A stretch of 64,000 nucleotides of DNA from Paramoeba atlantica (taxonomy: Eukaryota > Protista > Discosea): the NCBI GenBank assembly GCA_977017575.1, contig CDRNVI010000090.1:105425-169424 (forward strand). The letters run 5' to 3'. A program made the translations under genes and the position numbers. The notes under the pieces are model-generated. The model was not told the origin of the DNA. It made no database searches and worked only from the letters and a program-made list of their open reading frames with translations. Below are positions 34,201-41,622 of this stretch, one piece after another. Position 1 is the stretch's first letter. Each line of letters starts with the position of its first letter.

Positions 34201-36620
34201 TTCGCAGTTTTCCTGATTTGAGATTTCACACAGGTGAACCATTGATTTTCACTAAGGACACGAATGTGGGTCACATTAACATTCCACACTCCATACCGTA
34301 TCCTCATCGTCGCAAACTTGTGAATCTTCAACTGTGCCTTCTACGAATAATGGACAAGAGAGAATTAAAGGCAACTTACATATTAGATGCTGCTCAAGCA
34401 GCCACTAGTCAAGGAGCGCATGGGGGAGCATTCTCACTTTTGCACCACCCCACTTTGAGAGATTCTAGTCACATACCCAGCGAATGTGCAAAAATTATGG
34501 CGAAATGTATGTGGAAGGCGAAGAAGCACTCTTTCGCGATGGATCTTATGGAATGTCGTGAAACACCTGAATGCATTCTTCAGTTGGCCAAATGGAAATT
34601 TAAACGTAAAGTTGATACTACGCCCAACATTCTCAACAAAGTTTTGACTTCTTGTAAAGGCATGAATGACGACGTTAGTTATCACTACGCATCCGCAAGA
34701 TTTTACGACGCTATGTTTTCAGAATTAGAATCAAAAATGCGGTCAAATGAACACCAAATATTTGTTGAACAAGTGGATGAGATTCGTCGCAACCGTCAAC
34801 AGCAAAAATTGGGCTATCAAAAACTGCAAAGCACATTGAGTGAACACAAAAAGCGACATATTAAACGACACTTGACCTTACAGGAAAGAGAGCATAAAAT
34901 TATGCTTGCAGAACTCGAAAGGAATGTCAATGATCGAGAGGCCTTGTGTTTGCATTGTTTACGATGCTACGCGCAAGTACTCCAGCACGGAGGCCTGCGG
35001 AGTGACAAACTTTTGGCTTCTACCTATCGATTCGTTTCTCTTTGGTTCGCGAACCTGACTGAAACAGCGGTGAACAGAGTTGTCTCCGAAAAAGTAGGGA
35101 TGTTTCCTACTTCCATTTTTCTTCCTTTGTTCCCTCAGTTGTGTGCTCGTTTGGGAATTCAATCGGATGACGGGGAATTTCAAAATATCTTGAGAAATTT
35201 GATCATTCGAGTAGTAAACAATAGCCCGCAACCTGCGTTGTACACCTTATTTTCAATGAGAAATGGAGCAAAGTATCCCTCCGGGGAAGCAGAATTGCAT
35301 GTTATTAGTCAAGAAAAGATTGATGCCGCAAATTCTATATTGAAGCAGCTATCTGAGTCCGATCACCAAATGAAAATTATTATATCTGAATTAGAGGTAT
35401 TGACTAATGCGTATATCGAACTTGCCTTTGCTCCTGCTTCCAGGTTCACAGGGGCGAATCCACAAATTACGACACGTCTTTCTAAACTGGGAGTACTTTC
35501 AAAAACAATTGTCCCAACAGCAGTTTCTTACACAAACGCTCCAGAACGAGAGGTCGTTCAAGCATTCTTGACCTCTATCTCGCTTCCAGGTGGATTAAAC
35601 CAGCCGAAACTTATTACATGTCGCAGTGTTGCTGGACATGAATACCGACAACTCGTGAAAAGCAAAGATGATCTACGGCAGGATGCTTTGGTGGAGCAAG
35701 TTTTTTCTCTTTGTAACGACCTATTTCAACACAAGCGCTCGACGTCAAGTACAAAAATACGAACGTACATTGTTGTCCCGCTCACACCTACAAGTGGCCT
35801 TGTACAATGGGTGGAAAATAGTCTTACACTTGGTCAGTACCTCATTGGACAACCGGGGAAGGAGCACACGGGCGCTCATCACCGATATTATCCTCAAGAC
35901 ATGCCACACGACACAGCGAGGTCTAAAATGCAGAGTGTGGGAACACAGTCTGCGTCTGATAAACTTCAAATGTATTCATCTGTCTGTTCAAAACTTCACC
36001 CATGCTTCAACAAATTCTTTCTCGAGCATTTCTCAACTCCCGTCGAGTGGTACACCGCACGTCTGGCATACACAAACAGCGTAGCATCCAGTAGTATGGT
36101 GGGTCACATTGTTGGGCTAGGGGATCGGCATACCTCTAACATACTCATTGATAAGTGTACTGGAGAGGTGATTCACATTGATATTGGACTCGCTTTCGAT
36201 GAAGGTCTTCTGCTCCCCATCCCGGAAGTCATTCCTTTTCGTCTTACGCGTGATATGGTCGACGGTCTGGGGATTACCGGAGCCCGGGGACTTTTTCGCG
36301 TTAGCTGCGAATCGGTCATGGAACTCCTACGCGATTCGAAGGAAATGGTTCACACAGTAGTACAAACACTGCTACACGATCCCCTAGCCAAGTGGGCAGT
36401 TGATATATCGAAGGTTTTAGGAACATCCGCGGGCACATCTGCTGCGGCGGATGAATGTATTGACGCCTATCAGGCATCTTCGAGGACGTTAATGAAACTC
36501 AATGGGGTAATAGGAAATCAGAGTCTTACTGTATGTGCTCACGTTCATTTACTGATACTTGAGGCGACAAGTGAGAAGAATCTTGCGTCACTGTACCCAG
36601 GCTGGGCACCGTGGTTGTAG
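28278..36620 (+). CDS. ATM: ATM (Tel1) PIKK serine/threonine kinase
   Basis: 2780 aa; KSKDDLRQDA, GLGDRHTSNIL, IHIDIGLAF, VIPFRLTRDMVDG and FATC end LYPGWAPWL match the ATM subfamily. Confidence 0.92.
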   Translation: MPRNTDLINSLNSILHTLTSSRKDGQRNALSELRSTIEKYQAQVADTLLSPAIDEIPPLHCAVGLDVCSNLVIVLLDRYIKPFFAGLSSKSRALQTLSRDVTTPFRHVFELMHRNISFDDDIPPLSWRRCRVLPYLLQNILEMLSADAFGHLIEFDYSMLVMRVLSFRVYVSNLSELLLHNVFEVLVSIVFRSPVRYQRAVDVTLSQFSCSLFENFESAIAVIVCHTPFWNGLQNLTPEVAKLLMLVHANHSVMCQHVRFGSCLLRIAVVLMDYACREAGLLNFYPVLSTLCDNWKHCTKDVWKKAMLEYVQSFLEGLNRLEFPGLRYSHKNYLHGVNQSLGPRIPHELRHIQLCGTLKLLLNIVCEEYVQICDSYKSSTAICHRSSKEVSGDQFLSRLISNTIHYVQLCSSREQTELGEKHVRSAKILKLSSTQKTSMRYEDDFITNQLVCVNEGKKEKLLCWLTFIRFWLLTWPEDLNHVRYRTLLSLFTQVGLDESIDIAREAVTSLIALIGIPVFVPNVISAENLANTDEFLNSNFPLLLNKLFSFSELAPSGLHVLEILLQKPHSRAVLPTDHEFWSPAWKFMNSVVSAEGNTSPSLINFLIRLIPSIQDLRVIQQSIRIVKNTLLANTTTQTIPSLAQLAILCLSHPTTRAVSEWLFRDVLDFPFLIKESQKDFLLAMDIFHFSLCFFDQSYDRSKKSFIFTFECGAKDEFLSFVSSPVYSLSSGILFESKKNLQSLLSVLLAQHDAILEFSLLLDDSAAQHKTKPSQSVRSHAMNEMSHIQTSTNAIMQYLLDLYRSTCSYWCPTAYNSVSKDKYEVGNRSALCFEQSITISMILFRILSKVFSENALQTSTLLEFCFSKLDELELASPTAQFYKMKKTNIYIHWIYCTCDRKSAHWTRFKSVLSSAFSVHSYSIFSSFIENLQCMLESNTENELLKDALRLIEEEEPTTALFFSAHSSCEVALSIAKQVSDVKLQLNCGRYILRYISLQELTFMTKATQHLISFLFFFHGRDSFTTEILNTLSSRLLSSETNSARSALQFAITLFESNIPVVQCRCILLFLKLLISDQFLFSVFLVEFLRSKKDLVLDVLSTGALLIGYDWIANHELRMFPLLWISDSANWNTMPQDITDNFFAASFLCRSLGNNHGESAFAFLQKLKEPQPRSSCLQHQYVSSFPFIFSTMLLIRSCGDQSLATGAQKVQKHFQIAFGDEFQKNLEESKDLIVEHMFRLECTNFTLGTALSEEIERNRDGALMIEKAMLLLQDYSKSEFWTSFRWLSAFTHLFRLLKRRKNDDFQDAMMCSLVVVLCKAPRKAAQCCTPLIVRSILKLLPFIVHLTPGVDKFMKTMGVVKSTLFHACHSLNITTTEIIEMHDDCSIAFGSVNCQFSFDNRARQTLSQYSRLNVKQLFEEVAIESTDCGVFPPNPPRNCLKDALQLYFRGGSKLILGRTISKCLKEAEAFANSGYSESCFTSLCGILKDENLTAFHIEALRCLCVICRMHPEFFCFLPFVPEACPSDCLPRLSLNTEIQDHIFQVETMHRVCSSFIYSSSISTMETAHALLSQFWKDFPQVMESMPSDCMPVVLNWKNGDHVPSIENRKHEEPKSDVGTIESHVRDAENTYSKWIRSTTLELIDTISPAADPLQGYVRVCAVSDSVAEPLFLACLYYSLRDTCSAQARGSIGDALTNALQDSCSVRISQTIIRNIIKIYLEISIQVVRQGGMQSCLHSANISETQHLRVPMGLSDLIGVKIPLPVLIDASIKACMYLEALLFIELGEEMQQPEEKGALSREACQSLQKVYPNLRHGNSYLQGIGAGNTVSGRLSVLKSEKDYLGQIQVVENVDRDSVSDPHSLFSILEDAGLQTIPEIVIKNAYFDRNDESTKVLRDLQSYAAWRQEQWAEDDPNGPGLIEYPASFHESIFASLRGLSKGFGSEFLRAVHFGEQALSLDKSISLDEKLSLFFAFDTLRSFPDLRFHTGEPLIFTKDTNVGHINIPHSIPYPHRRKLVNLQLCLLRIMDKRELKATYILDAAQAATSQGAHGGAFSLLHHPTLRDSSHIPSECAKIMAKCMWKAKKHSFAMDLMECRETPECILQLAKWKFKRKVDTTPNILNKVLTSCKGMNDDVSYHYASARFYDAMFSELESKMRSNEHQIFVEQVDEIRRNRQQQKLGYQKLQSTLSEHKKRHIKRHLTLQEREHKIMLAELERNVNDREALCLHCLRCYAQVLQHGGLRSDKLLASTYRFVSLWFANLTETAVNRVVSEKVGMFPTSIFLPLFPQLCARLGIQSDDGEFQNILRNLIIRVVNNSPQPALYTLFSMRNGAKYPSGEAELHVISQEKIDAANSILKQLSESDHQMKIIISELEVLTNAYIELAFAPASRFTGANPQITTRLSKLGVLSKTIVPTAVSYTNAPEREVVQAFLTSISLPGGLNQPKLITCRSVAGHEYRQLVKSKDDLRQDALVEQVFSLCNDLFQHKRSTSSTKIRTYIVVPLTPTSGLVQWVENSLTLGQYLIGQPGKEHTGAHHRYYPQDMPHDTARSKMQSVGTQSASDKLQMYSSVCSKLHPCFNKFFLEHFSTPVEWYTARLAYTNSVASSSMVGHIVGLGDRHTSNILIDKCTGEVIHIDIGLAFDEGLLLPIPEVIPFRLTRDMVDGLGITGARGLFRVSCESVMELLRDSKEMVHTVVQTLLHDPLAKWAVDISKVLGTSAGTSAAADECIDAYQASSRTLMKLNGVIGNQSLTVCAHVHLLILEATSEKNLASLYPGWAPWL

Positions 36621-37039
36621 GAAATATCAGCACATCATTCCGAAGCGAGTGCACCCTTTTCGGCTTCGCTGCGTTTTTAAAAATGAGTAAACCCAAAAAC
36701 GAATGTGATTCATCAAGAAACCTAGAAGAAGACTGGAAACCTTTATAGTGAAAACCTTTATACCTAGGACCTGGGTATAAAGTAATTAAGTAGACTACCT
36801 ACTAGGTGGTCTACTTAATTCGTCCTCTTTGAAGAGCTAATGGTAAACTTGTAAAGACAGAACCTTCAGGCAGAATGATAAACGATCGATTTCGTTACCC
36901 TTGTGTACATTTGCATGTGCCAATTTGGACAAAACCAACCTAAATTGCGCAAAAAAATAGTTTTTAGAAAAAACAACACCTTTTTCTTTAGACTTCTTGC
37001 TTACACGTTTTATTAAGTTTTACTCAGCATTTACCTTTC

Positions 37040-37897
37040 TTAGCCCATCACTACGGACGCACAGAACAGCTTTATATTCAAAAGTATGCGCCGAAAACGA
37101 GAGTTTCCATTTATTCTCAACTTTCCGTTCACACACTCTGTTATGAACTTCATCTCCTCCCGAGCCTCATCTTCAACACCTAACCGGTTCCACCTACACT
37201 TAAGTTCCATTTTGAGTTGGTTATTCATGCTTTCGACGGTGTTCGTTGATATTCCTTCGGTTGTCACCCACTCCACTCTATGATTGTCGTTTACAAGTGA
37301 ACCCAACTCCAAAGTTCCACGCCACCCATCCGTCTTCACGACAGTTCTCCGACCGGGGGCTAAATGCACGACATGTGGAGTCATAGTGGATGAACAACGA
37401 TTCGGAAGCCTTCTGACAAACACTTATTGTGCCTGGTCGCCAACATTCGTAATCACAAGAGTGTGAAACCATTGCTGACATTGCTTCCGAACACGGTGGT
37501 TGCGATTACACGTGCCTCTCTTCACTTTACTTGTACAGGTCTCGTCCTTCTGCATGAATGTAACAGTACCCCCCGCGTTTATCCAACGCACGTCATGTGC
37601 TTGCGCAACTAAGTCTATAAGTTCTTCCGTGAAGACGCTAACAGTATTTGTCGACACCCGTGCCTCATTGGCAATGAATTTGCGGGGTAGGGCCTCACAT
37701 ATCCCGTACAGCATTATCAAAGTTTCTTTTACTGTTCGTTTTTGCCGTTTGTTAAACAGTGGACCGCATTCCCAATACTTGGCTCGACAACTGTGCCTGT
37801 CAGCACATTCCCAATAATAGTCCTCATGATAACACTGCACCCCTTCTGCGTGATGTGGCTTATTGCATAGAACATCTTGAAATACTTCAACTTTCTA
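37040..37897 (-). mobile_element. Merlin (IS1595/ISXO2-type) transposase pseudogene
   Basis: N-terminal Cys cluster (C...YYWECADRHSC), MQKDET...KRG...QQW, RLPNR, VKTDGWR, STNTVESM; one in-frame TAA at 37424-37426; no ATG or TIR before the HSP90 junction. Confidence 0.82.
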
Positions 37898-37911
37898 CTC
37901 CAATTTTCACA

Positions 37912-38085
37912 TCAGGGTTTAACCTTGAAGATCCTTCCTCCTACGGCGAACGCATCCACCGCATGGTGAAACTCGGCCTCTCCATCGATGACGACGAGCT
38001 TCCCCCTGCCCCCGTGGCGGCCAGCTCGGAAATGGATGCTGACGATCTTGCGGAGGGCGAAGGACGTATGCAGGAGGTCGATTAA
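37912..38085 (+). pseudogene. HSP90: 3' stub of an HSP90 array unit
   Basis: Matches the last 174 nt of the HSP90 CDS (tcagggtttaacc...gtcgattaa) and is followed by the normal spacer. Confidence 0.95.
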
Positions 38086-38554
38086 GTCGCTTATCGGTTG
38101 ATCCTATGAGATCACATTCGGGGAAGGAAATCAATTGCTAAATTTGATCTTTTTGCTTTTTACGAATTAAGTTCAAGGAACGCTGAAATGCAAGATAATC
38201 GCCAGGTTGAGCAAGATATGACACTTTGCTCCTGCAATATCTTTTGTTTTGTGCGAATCAAAGCAGTTCGTTACGCATGACAATTGTTCATCTTATGCTA
38301 GTTTCAAACAGTAAAGTTATTCACGCAACTTTAGGAGACTGGGTGATGGTATAAACTATGATATACTCATATGATAAGTACTCCTTTTTAAAGTTAATGT
38401 TGGCAATATTCGGGATTTATATTGGAATCTCTTCTTCCTTGCTTGTATACTTTGCTAGACCTTATTCGAACTGTTCTTGCAGCCATATTCACCGATTTCA
38501 CACAGAAATATTAGCCTTTTTTTTCATTTTCCTCTCTTTCCACTGCATTCCACA

Positions 38555-41153
38555 ATGTCGGAAACATTTGCGTTCCAAGCGGAGATCAATCAGCTGATGT
38601 CTCTCATCATCAACACCTTTTACAGCAATAAGGAGATTTTCTTACGCGAGCTGATCAGCAACTCTTCCGACGCCCTGGATAAGATTCGGTATCAAAGCCT
38701 TACGAACCCTGAAGTTCTTTCTGCGGATGAGAAGTTGCACATATTAGATACAGAGCTCAGACCGGACGGGTGGGTAAGGCTGCATAATGGTGAGGAATAC
38801 ATAATAGAGCTAACTTCTCCATGGGAAGAGAACTTTTCACACGCCCACGACCGCAAAGTTGCGAAATACTCCAGGTTGTATCATACAAGGAAACTGCAAC
38901 ACCCACGCACGTTTCTCTTGGTGTTCGAGGTGGGTGCCAGGGGGAAACTTGCTAGCTCCATTCGACTGCTCAACTCTCTTTTTATGGGAGAAAAACATAT
39001 TGTTTCTGAGTGTCGGAAGGAAATGACGAGAAGTGCCCTGCGTGGCAGCTTCATCATATTCCAAAAACGCGACTCAAAGACCTGGAACAATGAAACACAG
39101 TTTGCTGAGGTCGCCTAAAGGTGAATGGATACCACACGTTCTGTGCGTGTGTTCTGGACATTTTATTTTCCTGTATCCATTCATAACCAATCTCTGCACT
39201 ATAAGTGTATGACAAATAAATAAACAATTGGTCGCGGACAAGGCGAACAAGACGTTGTCGATTATTGACTCCGGGGTGGGTATGACGAAAGCGGACTTGG
39301 TGAATAACCTCGGCACGATTGCTCGATCCGGCACCAAGGCGTTCATGGAGGCCCTGGAATCGGGTGCGGACCTCAGTATGATCGGACAATTCGGTGTCGG
39401 GTTCTACTCGGCCTACCTGGTCGCGGACAAAGTCACCGTCGTCTCGAAGCACAATGACGACGAGGCGCACGTTTGGGAATCCTCCGCGGGTGGCACCTTC
39501 ACCGTGGCTCCCTGCCCCTCGGCCCCAGTGAAGCGGGGGACAATGATCACGCTGCACCTGAAGGAGGACCAACAGGAGTACCTGGAAGAGCGACGACTGA
39601 AGGACCTCGTGAAGAAGCACTCCGAGTTCATCGGCTACGACATCGAGCTACAAGTGGAGCGCACCACGGAGAAGGAAGTTACGGACGACGAGGCGGAGGA
39701 GGAAAAGGCGGAGGAAGTGAAACCGGAGGGAGGGGAGGACGAGCCCAAGGTAGAGGAGGCGGAGGAACCCCAGGAGGTGAAGAAGAAGACAAAGAAGGTG
39801 AAGGACGTCTCCGTGGAGTATGAGGTGCTGAACAAGAACAAGCCTCTGTGGACAAAGGACCCGAAGGAGGTGTCACAGGAGGAATACGCCGCCTTCTACA
39901 AGACCATCAGCAACGACTGGGAGGAGCATCTCTCCGTCAAACACTTTAGCGTGGAAGGGCAGCTGGAATTCCGCGCAGTACTGTTCGTCCCGAAGCGTGC
40001 TCCATTCGACATGTTCGAGCCCAATCGCAAGCGAAACAACATTAAGCTGTACGTGCGTCGTGTCTTCATTATGGACAACTGTGAGGAGATCTGTCCGGAG
40101 TGGCTGGCGTTCATTCGAGGCGTCGTCGACAGCGAAGACCTTCCGTTGAACATCTCCCGTGAGAACCTGCAGCAGAACAAAATCCTGAAGGTGATCCGGA
40201 AGAACGTCGTGAAGAAGGCGGTGGAGTTGTTCGAAGAGCTTGCTGCGGATAAGGACAGTTACAAGAGGTTCTATGAGCACTTCGGGAAGAACATCAAGCT
40301 TGGCATTCATGAGGATGCGACGAACCGAACCAAACTTTGCGAACTGCTACGCTACAACAGCACGAAGAGCGGCGAAGATGCTACGAGCTTGAAGGACTAC
40401 GTCACCCGCATGAAGGAGGGCCAGAAGAGCATCTACTACATCACGGGAGACAGTCGCAAGAAGCTTGAGACATCCCCCTTCCTCGAAGAAGCCAAGCGGC
40501 GTGATATGGAAGTCCTGTTCATGGTGGATCCCATTGATGAATACGTCATGCAGCAGCTCAAGGACTTTGAGGATAAGAAATTCGTGTGTCTCACCAAGGA
40601 GGGCGTCAAGTTTGAAGAAACGGAGGAGGAGAAGAAGGCACGGGAGGAGAACAAAGCATCCTTCGAGAAGCTTTGCACGACGATCAAAGAGATTCTTGGT
40701 GAGAAGGTGGACAAGGTTGTGCTCACCGAGCGCTTGGCGACCTCCCCCTGTATCCTGGTTACCTCTGAACACGGGTGGAGTGCACACATGGAACAGATCA
40801 TGAAGCACCAAGCCCTGCGAGACGCTTCCATGTCCTCATACATGGTGTCAAAGAAGACAATGGAGATCAATCCGCACCACAGCATTATTAAGGAGCTCCG
40901 ACGTAAAGCGGATACTGATCAGAACGACAAGACCGTGAAGGATCTCGTCATGCTCCTCTTCGATACCGCGTTGTTGACCTCAGGGTTTAACCTTGAAGAT
41001 CCTTCCTCCTACGGCGAACGCATCCACCGCATGGTGAAACTCGGCCTCTCCATCGATGACGACGAGCTTCCCCCTGCCCCCGTGGCGGCCAGCTCGGAAA
41101 TGGATGCTGACGATCTTGCGGAGGGCGAAGGACGTATGCAGGAGGTCGATTAA
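38555..41153 (+). pseudogene. HSP90: HSP90 copy 1, disrupted by a retroelement fragment after codon ~63
   Basis: [14 protein letters not shown]...DEKLH, then a 482-bp insertion, then QLVADKANK...MQEVD. Confidence 0.93.
38743..39224 (+). mobile_element. 5'-truncated non-LTR retrotransposon, restriction-like endonuclease (RLE) domain + 3' UTR + AATA tail
   Basis: LRPDGW...[22 protein letters not shown]...FEVGARG is the PD-(D/E)xK RLE pattern of R2-group (HERO-like) elements. The insert is absent from all other copies, has no TSD, removes 1 target nt and ends aaataaataaa. Confidence 0.85.
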
Positions 41154-41495
41154 GTCGCTTATCGGTTGATCCTATGAGATCACATTCGGGGAAGGAAATC
41201 AATTGCTAAATTTGATCTTTTTGCTTTTTACGAATTAAGTTCAAGGAACGCTGAAATGCAAGATAATCGCCAGGTTGAGCAAGATATGACACTTTGCTCC
41301 TGCAATATCTTTTGTTTTGTGCGAATCAAAGCAGTTCGTTACGCATGACAATTGTTCATCTTATGCTAGTTTCAAACAGTAAAGTTATTCACGCAACTTT
41401 AGGAGACTGGGTGATGGTATAAACTATGATATACTCATATGATAAGTACTCCTTTTTAAAGTTAATGTTGGCAATATTCGGGATTTATATTGGAA

Positions 41496-41526
41496 TCTCT
41501 TCTTCCTTGCTTGTATACTTTGCTAG
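41496..41526 (+). promoter_or_regulatory. Putative trans-splice acceptor (pyrimidine tract + AG) of the HSP90 unit, repeated in every spacer
   Basis: tctcttcttccttgcttgtatactttgctAG about 95 nt upstream of the ATG; the AGs at ~41549 and ~41581 are alternatives; function inferred from kinetoplastid biology. Confidence 0.35.
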
Positions 41527-41622
41527 ACCTTATTCGAACTGTTCTTGCAGCCATATTCACCGATTTCACACAGAAATACTAGCCTTCTTTTTCATTTTCC
41601 TCTCTTTCCACTGCATTCCACA

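Noticed and set aside
37424-37426. In-frame TAA in Merlin as a sign of stop-codon reassignment (Blastocrithidia-like code)
   Set aside because: Long host genes have no internal stops and terminate with TAA, TAG and TGA, so the standard code applies
37759-38085. 108-aa + strand ORF ending in Hsp90 C-terminal residues
   Set aside because: GTG start inside antisense Merlin sequence; a by-product of the junction
38743-39224. The HSP90 insert as a cis-spliced intron
   Set aside because: No GT...AG ends, one exon base is lost, absent from the other nine copies, and it encodes an RLE domain
41545-41622. 26-aa N-terminal extension of Hsp90 (MQPYSPISH...) in the ORF track
   Set aside because: Begins at TTG within the pyrimidine-rich leader; the conserved start is [10 protein letters not shown]
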